From: Candidatus Dadabacteria bacterium
GTDB lineage: Bacteria; Desulfobacterota_D; UBA1144; Nemesobacterales; UBA2774
Direction: 5' to 3'
Length of the DNA stretch: 50,446 bases
Assembly: GCA_020027805.1 (NCBI GenBank)
Contig: JAHKKQ010000002.1
Location: 1 to 50,446 of the forward strand
The notes under the pieces were generated by a model, which was not told where the DNA came from, searched no databases, and saw only the letters and a program-made list of their open reading frames with translations. Both the position numbers and the translations under genes were made by a program. Below are positions 26,975 through 34,646 of the stretch, piece after piece; the first letter of the stretch is position 1; every line of letters begins with the position of its first letter.

Positions 26975-27072
26975 GGTTCGCTCCCGGCGGACCCTCAGGC
27001 ACGCAGGACGGAATCCGCGGCAGGCCTCTGCCGCTGCAGGGAGGATATTGCTCCACTGCGGATGGACGAACC
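26975..27072. other. GC-rich structured intergenic element of unknown function
   Basis: A perfect hairpin GCGGCAG-GCCT-CTGCCGC at 27017..27034. It is nested between CTCCC/GGGAG and the outer GGTTCG (26975-26980) / CGAACC (27067-27072) complements. It sits 4 nt downstream of the DUF35 gene stop, in an otherwise AT-rich spacer. Confidence 0.3.
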
Positions 27073-27076
27073 CCGG

Positions 27077-27493
27077 TTAATTGGTAACGGGGACGAATTT
27101 ATAAGATTTTACGTCTTTCCCGTCTTTCGATTTCTTCACTGTCCCTACTGTAACTCCCATCCTTTGACCGATTTTTAGTCCTTCCGGGTCATTCGTTTCC
27201 ACCTGTGCCATGACCCTGACTCCCTCGGGAAAGTCTACCAGAGCGAGCGCGTAGGGGACGGGGAACTCGGGCATGCTCCTCCTCACGACCGTAAAGGAAT
27301 GAAGCTCGCCCGTGGGGCTCAGGAGTCTTTCTTCGACTTCATCCGAGAAACTCACAGGGTCGGCCAGGTACTTGGGGAATGTCCAGTTGTTCGACTCTTT
27401 CGAGTATCCGGCCACGAGCCTTACCCTGCCTTCTTTGTCTATATTGAACAGCTCCGGGAATAAAACTTCGTCCTTATCTGAAATCTCTGCCAT
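27077..27493 (-). CDS. DUF35-like OB-fold protein (no zinc ribbon)
   Basis: 138 aa. The segment GELHSFTVVRR...PYALALVDFPEGVRVMAQV...LKIGQRMGV matches the DUF35 OB-fold pattern. The protein contains no cysteine, so the usual N-terminal rubredoxin-like ribbon is absent. Confidence 0.7.
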   Translation of the reverse strand: MAEISDKDEVLFPELFNIDKEGRVRLVAGYSKESNNWTFPKYLADPVSFSDEVEERLLSPTGELHSFTVVRRSMPEFPVPYALALVDFPEGVRVMAQVETNDPEGLKIGQRMGVTVGTVKKSKDGKDVKSYKFVPVTN

Positions 27494-27615
27494 AACTCCG
27501 GTATCTCCTTTCGTTATTTTTGCTGAGAATATATTACATTTAAATTTTATTTAGTCTAGGGCGGGGATACAGGCCTGTTTGTAAAGGTTATAAAACCTTT
27601 GTAGAATAAAACGGC

Positions 27616-28416
27616 GTGGGTCGAAAGGTTCCTAGAGCACTGACAATTGCGGGTTCCGATTCGGGGGGAGGGGCGGGGATACAGGCCGACCTCAAGACGT
27701 TTACCGCCTTCAGGGTCTTCGGTATGTCGGTAATAACGTCTGTGACCGCCCAGAATACCCTGTCCGTTCTGGGTGTTTCGGACCTGCCCGCGGGGTTCGT
27801 CGAGCTTCAGATGGACGCCGTCCTTGGCGATATCGGCGCCGATGCCGTTAAAACCGGGATGCTGTCGAATAAGGAGATAGTTTCAGCCGTATCGAAAAAA
27901 ATCAGGGAATACGGGATTAAGAATCTGGTAGTCGACCCGGTCATGATATCGAAGGGGGGTGACACGCTTCTCGATGCCGGGGCCCGGGAGGCGATGGTGA
28001 GCGAGCTCTTCAAATTGGCCCTGATAGTCACCCCGAATATCCCGGAAGCGGAAGAAATAACAGCATCGAAGATATCCTCCCTCTCCGGAATGAAGCAGGC
28101 CGCGGAAGCCATAAAGTCGCTGGGCCCGGAATATGTGCTCGTCAAGGGAGGGCATCTCGAAAATCTCCCCGACGCGATAGACGTCTTTTACGACGGGCAC
28201 AGCCACTACGAGCTGAAGGCGCCCAGAATCGATACGACAAATACACACGGCACCGGCTGCACCTATTCCGCGGCCGTCTGCGCCGCGCTTGCCGCGGGGT
28301 TCTCCCCGCTCGACGCGGTAAAGGAGGCGAAGGACTACGTGACTTATGCGATCATGAGTTCTTTCGATCTCGGGAAGGGGCACGGGCCGTTAAACCATTT
28401 CTGGAAATTCGAATGA
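27616..28416 (+). CDS. thiD: Hydroxymethylpyrimidine/phosphomethylpyrimidine kinase
   Basis: 266 aa with a GTG start. Motifs: [58 protein letters not shown]. Confidence 0.92.
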   Translation: MGRKVPRALTIAGSDSGGGAGIQADLKTFTAFRVFGMSVITSVTAQNTLSVLGVSDLPAGFVELQMDAVLGDIGADAVKTGMLSNKEIVSAVSKKIREYGIKNLVVDPVMISKGGDTLLDAGAREAMVSELFKLALIVTPNIPEAEEITASKISSLSGMKQAAEAIKSLGPEYVLVKGGHLENLPDAIDVFYDGHSHYELKAPRIDTTNTHGTGCTYSAAVCAALAAGFSPLDAVKEAKDYVTYAIMSSFDLGKGHGPLNHFWKFE

Positions 28417-28432
28417 CGAAGGAGAGCCTCAA

Positions 28433-29287
28433 GTGGCCAAAATCATAGACGGGAAACTGGTCTCACAGCATATCAGGGATGAGGTTGCGGAAGGGGTGGA
28501 AAGGCTAAAGGGGGAAACGGGGGTAACGGCCGGTCTCGCGGCTGTGCTCGTCGGGGATGACCCGGCGTCTGAAATATATGTCAGGAATAAGAGAAAGGCC
28601 TGTACCGAAGTGGGCATGTACTCCGAAGAACTCAGGCTCCCGGGAGAAACGACCGAGGAGGAACTGCTCTCGCTTGTAGACAAGCTGAACGGGGATGAGA
28701 ACATACACGGCATATTAGTGCAGCTCCCGCTGCCATCTCAGATAAGCGAAACGAAAATTCTGAGGGCGGTATCCCCGCTTAAAGACGTGGACGGGTTCCA
28801 TCCCTATAACGTGGGCCTCCTCGTGGAGGGGAAGCCGAGGTTCATATCGTGCACGCCGCACGGGATCATCAAGATGCTCGACTTTTACAAGATAGGCATA
28901 GAGGGGAAGGAGGCTGTAGTGGTGGGAAGGAGCAATATAGTCGGGAAGCCCGTTTCGATACTCCTGCTCCACCGCCATGCGACCGTGACCATCTGCCATT
29001 CCCGCACGAAGCCGCTCGACGAGGTAACACGAAGGGCCGACATCCTGGTGGCGGCGATCGGACGGGCCGATTTCATCACGGCGGGTATGGTCAAGGAAGG
29101 GGCGGTCGTCATAGACGTCGGCATTAACCGCAACATGGACGGAAAGCTCACGGGGGACGTGGATTTTGAAGGGGTGAGCCAAAAAGCCTCCTATATCACT
29201 CCTGTTCCGGGCGGGGTGGGGCCCATGACGATAGCGATGCTGCTCTGGAATACCCTCGAGTCCGCCAGGAATTTCGCCTCCTCGTAA
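28433..29287 (+). CDS. folD: Bifunctional methylenetetrahydrofolate dehydrogenase/methenyltetrahydrofolate cyclohydrolase
   Basis: 284 aa with a GTG start preceded by AAGGAG. Motifs: YVRNKRKAC, GILVQLPLP, DVDGFHP, VVGRSNIVGKP, PVPGGVGPMTIAML. Confidence 0.95.
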   Translation: MAKIIDGKLVSQHIRDEVAEGVERLKGETGVTAGLAAVLVGDDPASEIYVRNKRKACTEVGMYSEELRLPGETTEEELLSLVDKLNGDENIHGILVQLPLPSQISETKILRAVSPLKDVDGFHPYNVGLLVEGKPRFISCTPHGIIKMLDFYKIGIEGKEAVVVGRSNIVGKPVSILLLHRHATVTICHSRTKPLDEVTRRADILVAAIGRADFITAGMVKEGAVVIDVGINRNMDGKLTGDVDFEGVSQKASYITPVPGGVGPMTIAMLLWNTLESARNFASS

Positions 29288-29301
29288 AAAGCGTCCGGGC
29301 C

Positions 29302-29342
29302 TGTGGATAACCTGCTGATATAGACAACTACGGTTATCCACA
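29302..29342. promoter_or_regulatory. Pair of perfect consensus DnaA boxes forming an 11-nt inverted repeat
   Basis: TGTGGATAACC (29302-29312) and GGTTATCCACA (29332-29342). Each contains the 9-mer TTATCCACA, on the minus and plus strand respectively, separated by a 19-nt spacer. An 8/9 box TGTTGATAA lies at 29457-29465. Confidence 0.5.
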
Positions 29343-29358
29343 AGAAACTCCGTTCTGG

Positions 29359-29405
29359 GTGAGAAAATAGCTTAACCTACTAAGACAACTGTGTTATTTT
29401 CTCAC
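29359..29405. repeat. Inverted repeat GTGAGAAAATA-N25-TATTTTCTCAC
   Basis: Perfect 11-nt arms at 29359-29369 and 29395-29405 in the same convergent spacer. The region is AT-rich. Confidence 0.4.
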
Positions 29406-29473
29406 GGCTGAATGTTAATCCCTGTTGAGAAATCTCTTAATATCCTGTTCCGGGGATGTTGATAAACTGTTTA

Positions 29474-29977
29474 TTAACGTGGAAATAATGTGGAAGGGCC
29501 GCCCACTTTTTTAACCGGTTGTCCATCCCCGAGTTTCTCGCACAGCTCCCGGACCGTGACCCCGAATACCGGGTGTATTTTCCCGGGCATTATTTCGGAG
29601 AGGGGTTCGAGGACGAACCTTCTCAAGTGGGCCTGAGGATGCGGCAATTTCAAATCGGGGGTATCGATCGTCAGCCCGTCGTAGAAAATTAAATCGATGT
29701 CTATCGTCCTCGGCCCCCATCTTTCGCCCCTGACCCTGCCCAGTCTGTCCTCCACTCCCCGCGTGAGGCTCATAAGCGCAGGCGGAGGGAGCGCGGTTTC
29801 TATCTCCGCCGCGCAGTTTATGAAATCGGGCTGGTCTACGTTCCCTACGGGCCCTGTTTCATAAACCGAGGACACTTTCAAAATTTCGGCGAAGCCCGAG
29901 ATTTCTTCCAGGGCTTTCCTGCAGTTGCCTATTCTGTCTCCCAGGTTTGATCCGATACTGATAACGGCGTTTGGCAT
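29474..29977 (-). CDS. folK: 2-amino-4-hydroxy-6-hydroxymethyldihydropteridine diphosphokinase
   Basis: 167 aa with HPPK motifs: ISIGSNLGD, SSVYETGPVG, QPDFINC, RWGPRTIDIDLI, LPHP. Confidence 0.92.
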   Translation of the reverse strand: MPNAVISIGSNLGDRIGNCRKALEEISGFAEILKVSSVYETGPVGNVDQPDFINCAAEIETALPPPALMSLTRGVEDRLGRVRGERWGPRTIDIDLIFYDGLTIDTPDLKLPHPQAHLRRFVLEPLSEIMPGKIHPVFGVTVRELCEKLGDGQPVKKVGGPSTLFPR

Positions 29978-30052
29978 GAGTTAAGTTTAAATAACAATTT
30001 TTTGACTATCCATCCGCCCTCCATAAACTTATATAAAGTGAGGTGAAACGAA

Positions 30053-30328
30053 ATGGCGCTATTATCCGAAGCCGAAATAGAAGAAGGGCTCAACGGTCTC
30101 AGGGGCTGGGAGAAAAAGGGGAGCGAGATCGTCAAGGTTTACAAGAACAGGAATTTCGTCGAATCGGTCGGTTTCGTGAATAAAGTAGCCATACTCGCCG
30201 AGAAGGCCGACCACCATCCCGACATCCTGATCCGGTACAAAAACGTGACTTTGACCCTGTCGACGCACAGCCAGGGCGGGTTGACCGGGAAGGATTTTAA
30301 GCTCGCCGGGGAAATCGACGCCCTTTAG
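30053..30328 (+). CDS. 4a-hydroxytetrahydrobiopterin (pterin-4a-carbinolamine) dehydratase
   Basis: 91 aa with the PCD/DCoH signature F..VA..AE...HHPD....Y..V...L.TH (AILAEKADHHPDILIRYKNVTLTLSTH). Confidence 0.9.
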   Translation: MALLSEAEIEEGLNGLRGWEKKGSEIVKVYKNRNFVESVGFVNKVAILAEKADHHPDILIRYKNVTLTLSTHSQGGLTGKDFKLAGEIDAL

Positions 30329-30333
30329 TAAAA

Positions 30334-30630
30334 TTAATTTTTTTTGCCCTTCTCTATGACCTCGTAGTCTTCCCTGTCGAGAACTATGGTCGTTCTGCCG
30401 TCCTCATCGATGGTTCTGAATTTCTTCTTGCTCTTGGGGGAGAAAAGTCTCATTACGCCGAATATAATAAGCGCGACTCCTACCGCGATTCCAAGAAAAA
30501 ATCCGAACAGCAAGAGTATTGCGAGCACCACGATCCCCAATAAAAGGACGAGTGGTATGAGATATGCAGGCGGCTTACCCTGATAAAAGTAGATTTTAGG
30601 TCTGGGGTTCATTTTGCCCTCCGCGTTCAA
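30334..30630 (-). CDS. Small two-TM membrane protein, hypothetical
   Basis: 98 aa with two consecutive hydrophobic helices and a charged C-terminal tail. It lies 54 nt downstream of moxR on the same strand. I recognise no family. Confidence 0.55.
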   Translation of the reverse strand: MNAEGKMNPRPKIYFYQGKPPAYLIPLVLLLGIVVLAILLLFGFFLGIAVGVALIIFGVMRLFSPKSKKKFRTIDEDGRTTIVLDREDYEVIEKGKKN

Positions 30631-30684
30631 CGCTCAATCGAATAAGAACCTTGATATAGTCTACCATTATTCTATCGATAACTG

Positions 30685-31626
30685 CTAAATCGGCACCTTT
30701 ACGCTTTCCAGCACCACTTTAATCGCCTCTTCCTCGCCTCCCCGGCCCAGGCGGCGTTCGCTTCTGACGACGACCCTGTGCGCGAGGACAGGGACCGCCA
30801 TCTTCTTGACGTCCTCGGGGATGCAGTATGTTCTTCCACCGATTAGAGCGAGAGCCTGCGCCGCGCTCTTGAGTGCAATCGCCCCCCTCGGGCTCACCCC
30901 GAGCTCGAACATCCCGGGGTTTCTGGTTTCCGTTATTATCGCGAGAATATAGTCCAGTATGGAATCGTCTACTCTCACCCTCTCGGAAAATTTCTGGAGC
31001 ATTACGACTTCTTCGCTTGATATTACCGGGTTAATGCCGTCCCACGAGCTTACGGGGCTCGATGTCGAGAGAATCTCCCTTTCGCTCTCCCTGTCGGGAT
31101 AGCCTATGCTGATCCTTATTGCGAAGCGGTCGAGCTGGTTCTCAGGGAGCGGGAAAGTGCCCTTGTATTCGAACGGGTTCTGGGTAGCTATTACCATAAA
31201 AGGTTTCGGAATATCGTGGGCGGTCCCGTCTATGGTGGCCTTCGCCTCGTTCATCGCCTCGAGCAGCGCACTCTGGGTCTTTGGTGTGGCCCTGTTTATC
31301 TCGTCGGCGAGGACCACGTTGGCGAATATGGGGCCCGGTTTGAATATAAAATCCCCTGTCGACTGATCGAGCACGGAAACCCCCAGTATGTCGGATGGAA
31401 GCAGGTCGCTCGTGAACTGGATCCTCTTGAAACTGAGGGCCGTCGACCTGGCTAAAGCGTGGGCCAGTGTGGTTTTCCCGACCCCCGGGACGTCCTCTAT
31501 CAGCATGTGCGACCTCGAGAGAAGGGCTACAATCGCCGTTTTGACTATCTCGGGTTTGCCCTTTATCACACCGCTTATGTTTACTTCGAGACTTCGTATC
31601 TTTCCTGTGAGCTCGGACGGTTCCAA
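30685..31626 (-). CDS. MoxR-family AAA+ ATPase
   Basis: 313 aa with Walker A (EDVPGVGKTTLA), RIQFTSDLLPSDILG, Walker B (VVLADEINRA) and VIATQNP. This is typical of the AAA_3/MoxR family. Confidence 0.9.
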   Translation of the reverse strand: MEPSELTGKIRSLEVNISGVIKGKPEIVKTAIVALLSRSHMLIEDVPGVGKTTLAHALARSTALSFKRIQFTSDLLPSDILGVSVLDQSTGDFIFKPGPIFANVVLADEINRATPKTQSALLEAMNEAKATIDGTAHDIPKPFMVIATQNPFEYKGTFPLPENQLDRFAIRISIGYPDRESEREILSTSSPVSSWDGINPVISSEEVVMLQKFSERVRVDDSILDYILAIITETRNPGMFELGVSPRGAIALKSAAQALALIGGRTYCIPEDVKKMAVPVLAHRVVVRSERRLGRGGEEEAIKVVLESVKVPI

Positions 31627-31638
31627 ACCGGGATTCCC

Positions 31639-34500
31639 CTAAGAGGCGCCGTGGCATCTCTTATATTTTTTACCGCTGCCGCAAGGGCAGGGGTCGTTTC
31701 TCCCCACCTTTTTATCGTGTCTCTTAACGGGCTTTTTGCCGTCTTCTTCCTCGCCCCTGCTCAAGGTCATGCGCTGCTGCTCGGCCCTCCTTCTCTTCTC
31801 GAGCCTTTCCATGTCGGTTTCGCTTACCGGCTGCACCCTGAAGAGCTTTTCGCAAACGTCCGAGGAGAGGCGGTTCATGAGAGAGGAGAACATCTCGAAC
31901 CCTTCGCGCTTGTACTCATGCAGCGGGTCCCGCTGCGCGTAACCTCGGAGCCCTATGCCTTCCCGCAGGTGGTCCATGTTCAGAAGGTGGTCTTTCCAAA
32001 GGAAATCGAGGGTCTGAAGCATTATGTATCTTTCGATCTGCCTCATGGTTTCGGGTGTTATCTCGCTTTCTTTTCCGTCGTAGAACTCGTGCACTTTATT
32101 CCGTATATATTCGGTTACGTCTTCCCTTTTCGTCCCGCTTCGGGCGAGCTCGCCGAGGTCGATATGTATGTTGAACGATGCGTGGGCCGCTTCTTTCAAA
32201 TCGTTTAAGTCGGCCTCTTCCACATTCCCCTTTTCCGGGACCGTTTCCACAACGAGGCCGGTGATGACTTCATCGGCCATTTCGTAGAGGTTGTCTTTGA
32301 GGTTCTCACCCCCGGCGAGGAACTCCCTCCTCTTTTTATATATCACTTCCCTCTGCTTGTTAAGGACATCGTCGTAATCGAGGAGGTGCTTCCTTATGTC
32401 GAAGTTCCTTCCCTCGACCTTTTTCTGGGCGTTCTCTATGGAGCGCGAGATCATCTTGTGCTCTATCGGCTCCCCTTCCTCCCATCCGAGCTTGTCCATT
32501 ATCTTGGTTATGGTCTCCGAGGCGAATATCCTCATGAGGTCGTCTTCGAGCGACACGAAGAACCTGGAGGAGCCGGGGTCGCCCTGCCTGCCGGACCTTC
32601 CCCTAAGCTGGTTGTCGATCCTTCTGGATTCGTGCCTTTCGGTTCCTATTATATGGAGGCCGCCTAATTCGAGAACCCTCTTCCTCTCGTCCTCGCATAC
32701 GGGTTTTGCCTCGAGCATGGCTTCCTCGAACTGCTCCGGCAGCGCTTCCTGAGGGTCGACCCTGAATTTTTTCCTGAGTATATCCCTTGCAAGGTACTCG
32801 TGATTGCCGCCGAGGATAATGTCCGTTCCCCTGCCCGCCATGTTCGTCGCTATCGTCACGCCGCCGATCCTTCCCGCCTGGGCCACTATCTCCGCTTCGT
32901 TCTCGTGCTGCTTTGCGTTGAGCACCTGATGGGGTATGCGGAGCTTTTGCAGCATCCCGGAGAGCCTCTCCGATTTTTCTATGGAAGTCGTGCCCACCAG
33001 TATAGGCCGGCCCTTTCCGTAGAGCTCCTTTATTTCCTCCGCGACGGCGCCGAATTTCTCTCTTTCCGACTTGTAAACGGAGTCGTTCCTGTCGGCCCTT
33101 ATCATAGATTTATTCGTCGGTACGACATTTACGTCCAGCTTATAAATATTCTTGAACTCGAAGGCTTCAGTATCCGCAGTACCCGTCATCCCGGCGAGCT
33201 TCCTGTACATCCTGAAATAGTTCTGAATCGTAATCGTGGCAAGCGTCTGGTTCTCGTTCTCTATCTCCACGTCCTCTTTGGCCTCTATAGCCTGATGGAG
33301 ACCGTCGCTCCACCTTCTTCCGGGCATGAGCCTTCCGGTGAATTCGTCGACGATAATGACCTTGCCGTCCTTGACCATGTAGTCGACGTCCCTGTGGAAG
33401 AGGTGATGCGCGCGGAGTCCCTGTATGACGTGGTGGAGGATCTCGAGGTTCGCCGGATCATAGACGTTGCTTATCCCGAGGGCCTTTTCCACTTTGTTGG
33501 ACCCTTCCTCGGTAGGGGTGACCTGCCGTGTCTTTTCGTCGAGAGTGAAATCGACCTCTTTTTTAAGCTTCACGACCACATTGTTTATATCGTAGTAAAG
33601 CTCGGTCGACTCTTCAGACGGGCCCGATATAATAAGCGGCGTTCTGGCTTCGTCGATCAGAATGCTGTCCACTTCGTCGACTATGGCATAGCTGTGCTCT
33701 CTCTGAACGTAATCGTTAAGCGAGAACTTCATGTTGTCTCTCAGGTAATCGAAACCGAACTCGTTGTTCGTTCCGTATGTCGCGTGCGCCCTGTAGGCCT
33801 CCTTTCGAGGGCACTCGACGAGCTTTGTCTTGAACGCGGCGAGTACGTCGAGGTTCTTCTCGGGCGGTATCTCCATATCAGCATATTCGGCGGGCCACAC
33901 GCTCTGGTTGTTGTCTATTGCGTGCTGCGCCCGCGCGGGGTCTTCCCATTCGATCAGATATGAAATTTCATGGTTTATAACGCCGATATTCAGGCCCAGG
34001 AGCTTGTATATGGGCCCCATCCACGCCGCGTCGCGCCGCGCCAGGTAGTCGTTGACGGTCACAAGATGCGCGCCGAGACCGGTAATTCCGTTGAGATAGA
34101 GGGGAAGGGCGGCGACGAGTGTTTTTCCTTCTCCGGTTTTCATTTCCGCAATCCTGCCCAGGTGTAGCACGAGGCCCCCGATGAGCTGGACGTCGAAGGG
34201 GCGCATTCCCAAGGTCCTGCGGGACGCCTCCCTGACGAGGGCGAAGGCTTCGGGGAGTATTTCCAGGAGCGCATCATCGAGTTTCCCGTAGTGCTCATCA
34301 TCCACCACCGGATCGCCGTTCCCGTTGAGGCCGTTTTTTATCCTTTCCCTGAATTCCCCGGTTTTTACCGCAAACTCGCTGTCGGGAATCGATTGGAATT
34401 CACTCTCGTATTCGTTAACCCTGTCGACAAGGGCGGCCAGTCTTTTGATTTCCCTGTCGTTCTGGGAGCCGATAATTTTCTTCATTATATAAGAAATCAT
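31639..34500 (-). CDS. secA: Preprotein translocase ATPase SecA
   Basis: 953 aa with the canonical motifs [30 protein letters not shown] and [25 protein letters not shown]. The C-terminal zinc motif is [20 protein letters not shown] lies 10 nt before the ATG. Confidence 0.97.
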   Translation of the reverse strand: MISYIMKKIIGSQNDREIKRLAALVDRVNEYESEFQSIPDSEFAVKTGEFRERIKNGLNGNGDPVVDDEHYGKLDDALLEILPEAFALVREASRRTLGMRPFDVQLIGGLVLHLGRIAEMKTGEGKTLVAALPLYLNGITGLGAHLVTVNDYLARRDAAWMGPIYKLLGLNIGVINHEISYLIEWEDPARAQHAIDNNQSVWPAEYADMEIPPEKNLDVLAAFKTKLVECPRKEAYRAHATYGTNNEFGFDYLRDNMKFSLNDYVQREHSYAIVDEVDSILIDEARTPLIISGPSEESTELYYDINNVVVKLKKEVDFTLDEKTRQVTPTEEGSNKVEKALGISNVYDPANLEILHHVIQGLRAHHLFHRDVDYMVKDGKVIIVDEFTGRLMPGRRWSDGLHQAIEAKEDVEIENENQTLATITIQNYFRMYRKLAGMTGTADTEAFEFKNIYKLDVNVVPTNKSMIRADRNDSVYKSEREKFGAVAEEIKELYGKGRPILVGTTSIEKSERLSGMLQKLRIPHQVLNAKQHENEAEIVAQAGRIGGVTIATNMAGRGTDIILGGNHEYLARDILRKKFRVDPQEALPEQFEEAMLEAKPVCEDERKRVLELGGLHIIGTERHESRRIDNQLRGRSGRQGDPGSSRFFVSLEDDLMRIFASETITKIMDKLGWEEGEPIEHKMISRSIENAQKKVEGRNFDIRKHLLDYDDVLNKQREVIYKKRREFLAGGENLKDNLYEMADEVITGLVVETVPEKGNVEEADLNDLKEAAHASFNIHIDLGELARSGTKREDVTEYIRNKVHEFYDGKESEITPETMRQIERYIMLQTLDFLWKDHLLNMDHLREGIGLRGYAQRDPLHEYKREGFEMFSSLMNRLSSDVCEKLFRVQPVSETDMERLEKRRRAEQQRMTLSRGEEEDGKKPVKRHDKKVGRNDPCPCGSGKKYKRCHGAS

Positions 34501-34646
34501 TTTCTAATAATCCTCCGAAACATTGGAACCGATAAAAGTATAATGTAAAACCCCGGCATCACAAATTTCGCTTATTTATACGGCGGCCGTTCCGTTCCGG
34601 GTTTCAACTTTCTCTGTAATCTATAGATTCGTCCTTCGCACGGCGT

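Noticed and set aside
26975-27072. Small SRP (4.5S) RNA, considered because of the long GC-rich hairpin.
   Set aside because: The conserved domain IV sequence (GGUCCGGAAGGAAGCAGCC with a GGAA tetraloop) is absent. The apical loop here is GCCU. The element is kept only as an unexplained structured element.
27494-27615. Possible TPP (THI-box) riboswitch upstream of thiD, prompted by a CTGAGA string.
   Set aside because: I could not find the rest of the conserved THI-box core (the ACCTGATCTGGATAATGCCAGCG-like segment and pairing partners). Only an AT-rich 7-bp hairpin (AAAGGTT-ATAA-AACCTTT) is present.
29288-29473. Chromosome dimer resolution (dif) site, considered because flanking genes converge here and an ATAATGT string is present.
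   Set aside because: There is no convincing match to the 28-nt XerC/XerD dif consensus (GGTGCGCATAATGTATATTATGTTAAAT) on either strand.
32800-33963. Long ORFs antisense to real genes. Examples: 32800..33963(+) and 31459..32208(+) inside secA; 11310..12314(-) inside the LLM gene; 18206..19114(-) inside the kinase; 2903..3598(-) inside glcD; 45260..45949(-) inside cofH; 47800..48561(+) inside the ClpX-like gene; 26104..26820(+) inside the transglycosylase; 41804..42502(+) inside the ppiD-like gene.
   Set aside because: The opposite strand encodes proteins with clear family motifs. The antisense translations are low-complexity (Arg/Pro/Gly/Leu-rich) with no recognisable domains, which is typical of stop-depleted mirror frames.
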